From NCBI GenBank assembly GCA_963845065.1, contig CAWJQQ010000001.1, positions 1,024,001-1,088,000 of the forward strand: a DNA stretch of 64,000 nt, given 5' to 3'. The notes beneath the pieces were generated by a model that saw nothing but the letters and a program-made list of their open reading frames with translations, was not told where the DNA came from and did not search any database. Below are positions 1 through 8,790 of this stretch, piece by piece. Origin of the DNA: Nitrospirota bacterium. GTDB taxonomy: Bacteria > Nitrospirota > UBA9217. The position numbers and the translations under genes were made by a program. Each line of letters opens with the position of its first letter. Position 1 is the stretch's first letter.

Positions 1-10
1 GAGGGAATTT

Positions 11-460
11 ATGCCCTCCTTGCTGAACCATATGGGCTTGCCGCAGACCAGTCGGGACTTCGCCAGTCCTGTACCTCACCGTGCAGCTATAGAGAAAACC
101 GTAGCAGGGGACAGCCAGGAAGGCGCAGCTATATCGCCGGAATCGTTCAGCTTGGACGCCTCCATTTTCCAAAAAGAGGAGTGCGACATTCCCCGAGTTG
201 ATGCAACGGACCCTGAGGCTGTGGAAAAAGCGCGACGGTTTGCCCGTATCATCGTTTCCGACATTGCCCTCTATAATCACGACCTCGTGGTCGAGGGGAT
301 CACGAAGGGAACGTTTTATGAGTTACTGCAAAACGATGTTCAGGAAGGACGTGAATTGTTTGAGAAGCGTGTGCCTCCTGCAATCAGGACAAAAAAGGAT
401 TACTATCAAGAGGCTTTCGATAATTTTCTCTCCGATGCAAAACAGAAGAATGTACGTTGA
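11..460 (+). CDS. Hypothetical protein, possibly the C-terminal part of a longer response-regulator/zinc-ribbon type protein
   Basis: 149-aa ORF with a conserved-looking helical C-terminal domain (KARRFARIIVSDIALYN); may start before the window. Confidence 0.5.
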   Translation: MPSLLNHMGLPQTSRDFASPVPHRAAIEKTVAGDSQEGAAISPESFSLDASIFQKEECDIPRVDATDPEAVEKARRFARIIVSDIALYNHDLVVEGITKGTFYELLQNDVQEGRELFEKRVPPAIRTKKDYYQEAFDNFLSDAKQKNVR

Positions 461-496
461 CATACGAAATCAGTTTTAGTATAGTATACAAATTCG

Positions 497-574
<78 letters not shown>

Positions 575-587
575 GTTTTTGAAATCA

Positions 588-1050
588 TGACAGAATACCT
601 CGCGTTTTAACGCGGGGAAGAATGTCATCCTTGCTCAGGAGGTTATAAGGGGCGCTGGAAGTTCCCCTTATCCACCGAGGCGACAGAGTGGTACAATGAC
701 CGAGTGGCTCTCCGGAGAACCAGTCATGCGGTCTATGACACTATGTATCACCTGGTTTGGTGTCCGAGAAATACGAGTACGATATTGAGGAGATGGAAGT
801 TGCGAAAGATCACATCCGTATCTTTCTGTCGTTTCCGCCAAGATTCTCAATCAGTGATGTTGCAAAGATCCTGAAAAGTATCAGCCCCGCTAGCTGTTCC
901 GGCATTACCCATCGATCAAGAAAAGGCTCTAGAAGGGTGGGCTGTGGGACGATGGGTAATTTATGCAGACAGTTGACGATAATTTAACCTCCGATATGGT
1001 CGAACGGTATATACGGCATCATCGAGACGAGAAGCAATTTACTTTTCGCA
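588..1050 (+). pseudogene. tnpA: IS200/IS605 family TnpA (Y1 transposase) remnant with left-end hairpin
   Basis: Fragments RRTSHAVYDTMYHLVWCP and EEMEVAKDHIRIFLSFPPRFSIS in different frames with internal deletion; hairpin CCTCGCGTTTTAACGCGGGG near 598-618. Confidence 0.75.
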
Positions 1051-1241
1051 TGCGTACACTCGCGAGTAGGAATGAAGTAGTATTGTTATGATTGCTCGTT
1101 TAGCATGCAGGAAATGACTGGTAGTTATATCATTAAAAGACTGAATCATCGCAAAAACAGAGATGCACGCATCAATTCTGGTATTTACATAAACAGAAAA
1201 ATCGGTGCGACCTCTAATTTTTCCAACCCCACGAGGTTTTC

Positions 1242-2213
1242 ATGAACGAGAGGGAACGGTCGGTTGATGATTTGATGGGCGCCGAGCCCTACGGCGACGA
1301 GAACGAGGAAAAAGAAGAGGAAAGCAGAGGAAGCAGTACTGAGGAATCTGCCGAAGCTGCGTCCGAGAGCGGCTCGGGGCAGAAGGGCCTCGATGCAATT
1401 AAGTATTATCTCAAAGAAATCCGCAAGACCCCCCTTCTTACGTTTGAACAGGAGCAGGAACTCGCCAAGCGGATCGCACAGGGCGATCAAGAAGCGCGCG
1501 CCAAAATGATTGAGGCGAACCTCCGTCTCGTCGTCGCCATCGGCAAGAAGTATATAAATCGCGGCTTGCAGTTCTCAGATATCATCGAAGAGGGTAACCT
1601 TGGCTTGATCCGGGCTGTCGAAAAATTCCAATACCAACGTGGCTTCAAGTTCAGCACCTACGCATCGTGGTGGATCAAACAGGCCATTGAACGCGCGATT
1701 GTTAACCAGACGCGCACCATCCGTCTGCCTGTCCATATAGCCGAGATTGTCAATTCCTATTTGCGAGCTACCCGTCAGCTTACCCAGAGTCTTGGGCGTG
1801 ATCCACAGATAGAAGAAATCGCAAAAAAAATGAAAGTCACCGTGGAGAAGGTGAGGAGTATATCTCAGGTGGTGCGCGAGACCTATTCACTGGATATGCT
1901 CATAGGGGATCAAGAAGAGGATACACTAAAGGACATCCTTCAGGACAACAACGCACTTTCCCCGGCAACATTCTCCGACGAGATACGGCGACGAGAATAC
2001 ATCGACGAATGGCTCCAGCAACTATCGGTGAGTGAGCGCAAAGTTATCGAGATGCGGTTCGGTTTTGTGGATGGCGAGCCGAAGACTCTAGACAGCATAG
2101 GTAAGGAGTTCGGGATTACCAGGGAGCGCGTCAGACAGATTGAAACACAGGCCCTTAATAAATTGCGGGCTATAACTAAGCGAAAAAAGATTGATCTGGA
2201 AGAAATGCTGTAG
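1242..2213 (+). CDS. rpoS: RNA polymerase sigma-70 family factor, RpoS-like
   Basis: Region 1.2 ([11 protein letters not shown]), region 2 (NLRLVV...[12 protein letters not shown]), region 4 (TRERVRQIE); no region 1.1; 323 aa. Confidence 0.85.
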   Translation: MNERERSVDDLMGAEPYGDENEEKEEESRGSSTEESAEAASESGSGQKGLDAIKYYLKEIRKTPLLTFEQEQELAKRIAQGDQEARAKMIEANLRLVVAIGKKYINRGLQFSDIIEEGNLGLIRAVEKFQYQRGFKFSTYASWWIKQAIERAIVNQTRTIRLPVHIAEIVNSYLRATRQLTQSLGRDPQIEEIAKKMKVTVEKVRSISQVVRETYSLDMLIGDQEEDTLKDILQDNNALSPATFSDEIRRREYIDEWLQQLSVSERKVIEMRFGFVDGEPKTLDSIGKEFGITRERVRQIETQALNKLRAITKRKKIDLEEML

Positions 2214-2289
2214 GTGTTGCCGAGCGCTGATGTCTCGAATTGTGTTTGCAAAAGCGACAATCCTCAATCAGCAAACCATAATTGAATTC

Positions 2290-2366
2290 GCCCCTGTAGC
2301 TCAGGTGGATAGAGCAGCGGTTTCCTAAACCGCGTGCCGCGTGTTCGAATCACGCCAGGGGCACCA
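2290..2366 (+). tRNA. tRNA-Arg(CCT)
   Basis: GCCCCTG...CAGGGGC-ACCA, anticodon arm GCGGT-TTCCTAA-ACCGC. Confidence 0.97.
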
Positions 2367-3279
2367 ATAAAATCAATGAGTTAAGGCTTATTCAAGAATG
2401 AATAGGCCTTTTTTAAATCAATAATGTGGCAGAAATGTGGCAGAAGCTGTATGTAAATATAAATAAATTAAAGTAAAAAAACTATGATATTAGCAACTTG
2501 ATGCATGGGGCTGCGGTTGTCACGACCGCATATCTATATATTTATATGAATTTTTTTTGCCTTATCATCATTAAGTGTTTATAAAAGGTGGTTAATTTTT
2601 GTGGCTGATTTGTTTCGATGTTACGTCCATAGAAATATCATTGGAAATGTCCGAGCAAGATTACATACTTTTATAGCGCTACGAGCTAAGATTCCTTCCG
2701 GTAAAAGATCCAACTTCACTCAGCCCTGCACTTTGTCAGATATCATCAAAGAGCGAACCGCTTCGCGCGAACTAAATCGACTTCATTACAGCGGTTGATC
2801 CCGTATCAAATAACTCATCCATGTAAGAAGAAATACTCTAAGAGGAATAGGATATCAGATACTATTAGCATTAGTGACATCATGCACGAGATTCTATTTG
2901 TATTGTGCAATCTATGGTCTATTTGTGAAAATGGTGAATCCATCCTTTTATGTTAAAAGTCAAGCCTCGGGATGGGCTGGCCGACAGGTTTTCCCCTGTT
3001 TTCTATTTATTTTCGTTAATGGTCATTAAAAGTGTACCAGTCGGGGGGATTCCCGCTGCGTTGATCGTTTGTGAGATTTTTGCTTGTTGGGACAGAAATC
3101 GGTTCTCACAAATGCCCCAGGATCGATTTTCCCGGGGCAGTCCATATCGTGATACCCCCCCTGTAGGATCCCTTTCTCGGGATTTGTACGCAGAACGAGC
3201 AAATCTTTAAAACCACGCTTTTATCAGCAGACATGCCTACATCATAAAAGCAGCTGCATTTCCTTGTCATGTATTAAAG

Positions 3280-3355
3280 TTGTGGGTCCGCAGTCTGTAG
3301 TTGTGCAGACACGCTTTATTAGCCGGCTGCAGGATGAAGAAGCGGTACCCACGAT
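3280..3355 (-). ncRNA. Putative bridge/seek RNA target-binding loop of IS110 copy A
   Basis: Stem-internal loop-stem with segments matching the empty target CATC-CT-GTAGT (CTGTAGT 3295-3301; AGGATG 3331-3336). Confidence 0.6.
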
Positions 3356-3397
3356 GAAACAGGTCGTAAGATCGGTCGTCCTAACGTGATCCCATTC

Positions 3398-4466
3398 TTA
3401 TTGTATGACCGCAGGCACATACTCCTTCTGATTCTTCAGGACGTATCTGATGCGGTTCAAGAGTTTTCTTGCGATATGAATGATGGCCCGTGTTGGTGGC
3501 ATGTTTTTAGTGAGGCGTTCATAAGTCATCAGCAACGCCGGGTCTTTCCGTACTGCAATCCACGAGCTTTCAATAATCAAGTGTCGAAGTATTTTGTTGC
3601 GTCGGTCGGTAATGCCTGTTGTAGTGTCCTTCTCTCCACTGGAGTCCGTGTTGGGAATGAGGCCAACATAACTCGCGAGTTTGTCGAGTGATCGAAACCG
3701 ATCGATATTGCACAGCTCTGTGAGAAACGTCATGCCGGTGAGTGTGCTGATCCCGATTACGGATTTTAATAACCGCGCATTTATCCGATATTCATCGGAG
3801 CGAGAGAGCGCACGAATGTTCCGGTTCAATTCGACAATGATCCCACGGATATGGTGCAATTCATGGAGATACACCTTAAAGGCGATATTGCCACTTGCCT
3901 TTTCCATCCGGATCCTCAAGCCATTTAATAAATTTGCTTGACCAGTTACGGTGAACAATATCTGTTGGGAGATGAATGCCATAAAAAGCGAGCATGGACT
4001 TGATCTGGTTCTTGCAACGGGTCTGCTTCTTGACCATGTTTCGTCGGGTTCTGAGCAAACTGCGATCTTCGATTATTAGCCGAGTGGGAACATAAATTCC
4101 TTCGAGTTCTCCGTTTCTATGGCTGCGGGCAAGTTTGCGGCAATCTACCTTATCTCTTTTGCCTTTCCGTTCTTTGTCTTTTGTCGGGACATCAGCAGGA
4201 TTTACTACTATGCATTCGATACCTTTTTCTCGTAACTGGTCATGGATCCAGAATCCGGAATAGCCAGCCTCATAAACAGCGTGGTAGATTGCACCAGGGA
4301 AATTCCGCTTCAAGTAGTTGGCAAGGACCGATGGATCCGGCGGTTGTGAAAAGGTCTTATGTTCAAAGTGATGAGTCAAGATGCATACACTCCAATTTTT
4401 TTTATGAACGTCCAAGCCGATATAAATGTGTTGACCGCTGAAATCGAGTTTGCTAATGTTAGTCAT
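3398..4466 (-). pseudogene. IS110 family recombinase/transposase, frameshifted near 3915
   Basis: DEDD domain (IGLDVHK, YEAG, DKVD) in 3876-4466 and Tnp20 domain (YVGLIPNTDSSGE) in 3398-3982, different frames. Confidence 0.9.
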
Positions 4467-4636
4467 GGCAAGTCTCCTTTCGGTTTATTTTTGCCTTCCT
4501 AACGAAAATATACCTTAAGTCAGACTTGCCTTTTAATCATAAGGTCTGTAGTGTTGGAGTTTACATATCTGGCAACAACTTCAATTATCAACCTGAACCT
4601 GTTAGCGAGTACCCCAAAATTACCCCATCGAAGTCA

Positions 4637-4709
4637 TTGACACCACCGTGAATCAGGCATATATTCGTCGCATAATGTAACAATAAGAATTACGGGCATT
4701 TTTCTTGCG
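4637..4709 (+). promoter_or_regulatory. Repeated sigma-70 promoter module, copy 1
   Basis: TTGACA-17-TATATT then CATAATGTAACAATA...GGCATTTTTCTTGC; similar to 5827-5896 and 30322-30361. Confidence 0.55.
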
Positions 4710-4876
4710 ACCAGCAATAGGAAAGTTTATTTCTAAAGTCGCTACCACCGAAAACCTGTTGTTTCCAACTTGGTCCCTAACTTGACAATTATTAGTCATA
4801 CCTCAAGGTCTTGATTAGGTTGCCGAGGTTACAGCTGCATCTCGTGGAGTAAAAGAATGCGCTCGTTTTTACCTTT

Positions 4877-5440
4877 ATGGTTATTTTTATTACTAATAGT
4901 TTTTTTTACTCGGATGTAATAAAGAACAAAACAAATACGCTGTCGGTAAATTCAACAAATCCCGCAACCATTTTTATAAGCGAAGGTAACAAACTTGTTG
5001 ATCAGCGGGACTATTCACACGCTTTAGAGAAGTATTATGCGGCTTTAAAACTCGATCCAAATTGCTTCCTATGCTATTACAAACTGGGAAGAGTCTATTG
5101 GATTTTGCGCGATTATGGCAGCTCTGTAAGCTGTCTTGAAGCAGCAATACGGCTTAATCCGAAATGGTCTTTGCCTTACGAAACTCTCGGCGACATATTT
5201 TTAAAATCTAAACTATATTTCCCAAATAGATTAAACAAAGCCGCTGAAAACTATAAGAGAGCTATTGAGCTGGAACCATCCAGAATGGAACTTCGTCTTA
5301 GGCTGGCGCAGTGTTATGAAAATGGAGGAGAAGCGGAGAAAGCCGCGAAAGAGTATGAAACAATTCTGAGCATAGATCCGAAAAATTCTGCCGCAATTAG
5401 TTCTTTAGAAAAGCTGAGAAACAAAGTCGTCCCGAGGTGA
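4877..5440 (+). CDS. Tetratricopeptide repeat protein
   Basis: Several TPR motifs (ALKLDPNC, AIRLNPKW, AIELEPSR, ILSIDPKN). Confidence 0.85.
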   Translation: MVIFITNSFFYSDVIKNKTNTLSVNSTNPATIFISEGNKLVDQRDYSHALEKYYAALKLDPNCFLCYYKLGRVYWILRDYGSSVSCLEAAIRLNPKWSLPYETLGDIFLKSKLYFPNRLNKAAENYKRAIELEPSRMELRLRLAQCYENGGEAEKAAKEYETILSIDPKNSAAISSLEKLRNKVVPR

Positions 5441-5493
5441 AATGGCTGTTCATGAAACAGAACAAGAACTTTACAGCAATGCCTGGCGAGGTA

Positions 5494-5553
5494 TTCTAAC
5501 CATTCGGATCGAGAGGGTCGTGAAAACCGCGCTCCTCAGCCGAGCCGTTAGTC
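5494..5553 (+). repeat. Integron attC-like site
   Basis: TTCTAAC...GTTAGTC imperfect palindrome, 60 bp, just downstream of the TPR gene. Confidence 0.6.
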
Positions 5554-5574
5554 ATCGGAGGTACCATTGTTTCC

Positions 5575-5767
5575 CTCAGTCGGAAATGGACAGTGTAGCC
5601 GTCTGAGTTAAGGGTTGTCCGGATGCCCCTGGTTGGGCGTTCTTCTCATATGCCTGCTGCCTCTTGATTCGGCGCTGTTCCCGGGCAGCTTCAAGCTTTT
5701 GGTCCCGTTCTTTGAAAATCTCTTCGGCCTTGCCGTTCAGTTTGTCAGCCGGGGCGATGTAGCCGAG
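5575..5767 (-). pseudogene. IS3 family transposase C-terminal remnant
   Basis: Minus strand reads GYIAPADKLNGKAEEIFKERDQKLEAAREQRR, typical IS3-group C-terminus. Confidence 0.65.
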
Positions 5768-5826
5768 GGAAAAGAGATAGTCGCTATGCTACCAATAAAT
5801 AAGGCAAAATAGCATGTATGAGTTTT

Positions 5827-5963
5827 TTGACCTCACGGGAAGTCAGGTATATATTCATGACATAATGTAACAATACCATTACGGCATTTTTCTTGCTAAA
5901 CTCATCAACAACAGTTTTTACGAATTAGCGGGGCGATTTCGTCCCATCGTACACTGGTTAGGC
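5827..5963 (+). promoter_or_regulatory. Repeated promoter module copy 2 followed by an attI-like site
   Basis: TTGACC-17-TATATT; AATTAGCGGGGCGATTTCGTCCC...GTTAGGC with GTTRRRY core at 5957-5963. Confidence 0.5.
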
Positions 5964-6015
5964 GAAGGCTGGCGTTGTGACATGCCCTGGACTTCGAGCT
6001 GAGGAAAAATATTCT

Positions 6016-6513
6016 ATGTTGGATCAATGGAATAACTTCTTTGTTATGGTAGGCGGCGGCGCGGCGGCGCTTGCAGGGTTGATTTTCGTCGCGATGTCGA
6101 TCAATCCCATTATCATCTTCCGGAACTCAACACATAAGAACCGGGCAATTAACATGCTTTCGGGCTTTACCGCAGTCTTCATGGCATGCAGTTTTGCGCT
6201 TATTGGGAATCAACATCTTGTGGCACTCGGCCTAGAGTGGTTTGCTCTCTGGCTGATCGCGACAGTCATTTTTGTTAGGGGCTATATTAGAGCAATCGAA
6301 GCGGGCATGAGTTCTATTGGATTGAGCCTGCCGCGACTTGCGGGCGGCACTATTTGCTACCTTGCTGAAGTTGTAGGCGCAATTCTCCTAATTTCTGGAC
6401 GTAGCGCCGGGCTTTACATTGCAGCTATCGCAACCGTTGTTTTATTTGGGTTCCTCATTTCTGGCGCGTGGCTCCTTATGATCGGCATCCATGAAGACCA
6501 AGCTAAACGATAA
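6016..6513 (+). CDS. Hypothetical integral membrane protein, cassette-like
   Basis: About five hydrophobic segments; GAGG RBS upstream of ATG 6016. Confidence 0.75.
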   Translation: MLDQWNNFFVMVGGGAAALAGLIFVAMSINPIIIFRNSTHKNRAINMLSGFTAVFMACSFALIGNQHLVALGLEWFALWLIATVIFVRGYIRAIEAGMSSIGLSLPRLAGGTICYLAEVVGAILLISGRSAGLYIAAIATVVLFGFLISGAWLLMIGIHEDQAKR

Positions 6514-6761
6514 TGGCACGGAGCAAAATTATTGTATCGGCCCGTTGTTCGCAGATGAAGTATCGAATTCCGCCTAACCAGCCGCCAGAGCAAACGCCAG
6601 CAGGAGCTAATACCCACACTTACGTCAGAAAGAAATTCAAACATATTGTCGGCTATATTCTTACCGACGGGCATAAAGCGCCGAAAGTTGTCGAGGGTGT
6701 TGCAACCGATATAGATCTCATAAACGACTTCAAAAAATATTTCAAACTTAAACAAAGCGCA

Positions 6762-6823
6762 ACCTAACAGGCGGGGTCCGTAGCGTCCCACAGAATGCTG
6801 GCGCGTGACCTGCGTCGTTGTGT
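6762..6823 (+). repeat. Integron attC-like site
   Basis: ACCTAAC...GTTGTGT imperfect palindrome overlapping the stop codon of ORF 6513-6767. Confidence 0.5.
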
Positions 6824-7427
6824 AAGCTTCAATCTGTCGCGCCAGGTCAAGCCTGGGAAAGGAGAACGACCAGAAACCGAAACCTTTCGTAGTGATTCTG
6901 TAGGTAACCAATCCTACCTGGCAAAGCCTGGTGAGCAGCCAGAAGCGAGTCTTGCATGCGCATAGGTGATTATGTGTGTGAAGCGTAGACAGCTACTGCA
7001 AAAGCCGTGTCATTGAGCCCCGAAATAGCCTTGTGGGAGTTTTCGTTTTCAGATTGACGGGAACAGCATCGATCATGCAGTACTGACCTTACATGATCGG
7101 TCCTACCGGGGTCAAAGAGCAGGGCAAATGCAGAGAAGGGTCACCCAGGAACCTGGGAGGTCTTGCCAACTCCGTCTTTGAAATACCGGTGGGGATAACG
7201 GAACGAATAACTCCAGGCCTCAAATGTCTGCGCTGAGACGTGTGAGGAGGTGCTTAAGGGCACGAAACGAAACGATCAGCGCGAAGGACGGTATCGCCAA
7301 CTGAAGGAAACGAAAGACGGCGAGATGGGAAGCAAGATGTCGTAGCGCCCTCATAGTACCGGTGAAGCAGGGGAACGAATCCCATCGGACCCTGTCGAGG
7401 TAAGGGGGGCGTCGTGTTGTAGAACCG

Positions 7428-8118
7428 TTGAGGGGAAAGACAGAGGATGCGATGGAATCCGGAAATACAGTCTACACGAAACAGCAACGGATAGCAGAAC
7501 TTGCGAGGATTCACCCTGATGTGAGTTTTACGTCTCTAGCCCACCATATTGATTTAGTGTGGCTCTATGAAGCATTCGGGCGAACGCGAAAGGATGGAGC
7601 ACCGGGAATAGATAAGCAGACCGCAGAAGAGTACGAGAAGGAGTTGAATGCGAATTTGCGGTCACTTCTGGAACGTGCCAAGTCGGGAAAGTACTTTGCG
7701 CCGCCGGTGTTGCGGGCGCATATCCCGAAAGATCCGGCAAAGAAGGAAACCCGTCCTATCGGTATACCGACGTTCGAGGATAAGGTGCTTCAGAGAGCCT
7801 GGCAGATGGTGCTGGAGCCTCTCTATGAACAGGAATTTCTGGACTGCTCATATGGGTTCCGGACGGGGCGTTCGGCCCACGACGCGCTGCAATCGTTGTG
7901 GACGCAGATGATGGACATAGGCGGATGCTGGATCATCGATTTGGATATTCGGAAGTTTTTCGATACGATGGTTCACGAACACATCAGGAAAAATTCTCAA
8001 AAGGCGGGTGAGTGACGGAGTAATAACGAGACTCATAGGGAAGTGGTTAAGGGCCGGTGTATGGGAGGCAGGAAACATCAGTTACCCAGAAAAGGGTACT
8101 CCTCAAGGCGGCGTGATT
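7428..8118 (+). pseudogene. ltrA: Group II intron RT/maturase, N-terminal part (frameshift in A-run near 7990)
   Basis: [25 protein letters not shown]; after the shift [10 protein letters not shown]...GTPQGGVI. Confidence 0.9.
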
Positions 8119-8171
8119 ACTCCACCAACACAATAGCTAACTTCGAGTTTGATGCCGTTTTCCCATACAAT

Positions 8172-8235
8172 AGAAGCTGGAATAATACAAGAAGATGGAA
8201 TAATACTTGACATATGACATAAAAGGTAGTATTCT
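8172..8235 (+). promoter_or_regulatory. LSR-element promoter with upstream direct repeats
   Basis: AGAAGCTGGAATAATAC / AGAAGATGGAATAATAC (8172-8188, 8190-8206) abutting TTGACA-17-TATTCT. Confidence 0.6.
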
Positions 8236-8243
8236 TATGACAA

Positions 8244-8582
8244 ATGAAAAGATCTCCAAATTCAGAGTTAGCCAAACGCACCAATGCGGCGATGTCTTTA
8301 TTGGAAGAGGGCGCGGGCAACGACGAAATCATATCAGCGTTAATGAATCGGTTCGGAGTTTCACGGAGACAAGCATACCGATACATTCAAGATGCGGTGA
8401 GATTAAAACACCAGGTACCAATCCCGGAGCAGAAGATAGTTTTTACGGTAAAGCTTCCCAAGAGTCTGGTTTCTTTTCTACGGCACTTCGCCGATTCCAC
8501 GGGAGATTCCTTAAGCAATATCGTTACACACGCCTTGACGTCATTTCTCAAGAGAAAAGGGCATGGCCGAGAGACATTGTGA
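8244..8582 (+). CDS. Small DNA-binding protein (HTH plus ribbon-helix-helix-like)
   Basis: LMNRFGVSRRQAYRYI HTH-like; VFTVKLPKSLVSFLR...SLSNIVTHAL CopG/RHH-like. Confidence 0.7.
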   Translation: MKRSPNSELAKRTNAAMSLLEEGAGNDEIISALMNRFGVSRRQAYRYIQDAVRLKHQVPIPEQKIVFTVKLPKSLVSFLRHFADSTGDSLSNIVTHALTSFLKRKGHGRETL

Positions 8583-8790
8583 AAGACAAGTTCAGATGCT
8601 TTATGCCTATGATCGCTTGGGCGATTGTAAGATTTCCCAAGTTTACAAATTGTTGGTTCCTGAGAGAATTCGGGTCTGCGGTGGAAGCGAACCACCTATA
8701 GCGGAAAGAGGAGATCGCGAGAGTGAAGACAGCGGCGATTTATGCGCGGGTGTCGTCGGAGAGGCAAAAGGAAGAACAAACCATAGGTAG
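8563..8790 (+). CDS. Small hypothetical protein of the LSR element (candidate directionality factor)
   Basis: 75-aa ORF overlapping both the upstream gene and the recombinase start. Confidence 0.5.
   Translation: MAERHCERQVQMLYAYDRLGDCKISQVYKLLVPERIRVCGGSEPPIAERGDRESEDSGDLCAGVVGEAKGRTNHR

Larger units (their letters stand above)
2947..4547 (-). mobile_element. IS110 family element, IS1111-like (copy A)
   Basis: CT core at 2945-2946 and 4546-4547; imperfect subterminal IRs ATGTTAAAAGTCAAG / CTTGCCTTTTAATCAT; long downstream non-coding end. Confidence 0.85.

Noticed and set aside
6513..6767. 84-aa ORF as an intact gene
   Set aside because: Runs through an attC-like half-site; probably the 3' fragment of a deleted cassette.
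8207..8701. 164-aa ORF in the LSR element
   Set aside because: Its TTG start is the -35 box and it overlaps the more plausible HTH gene in another frame.
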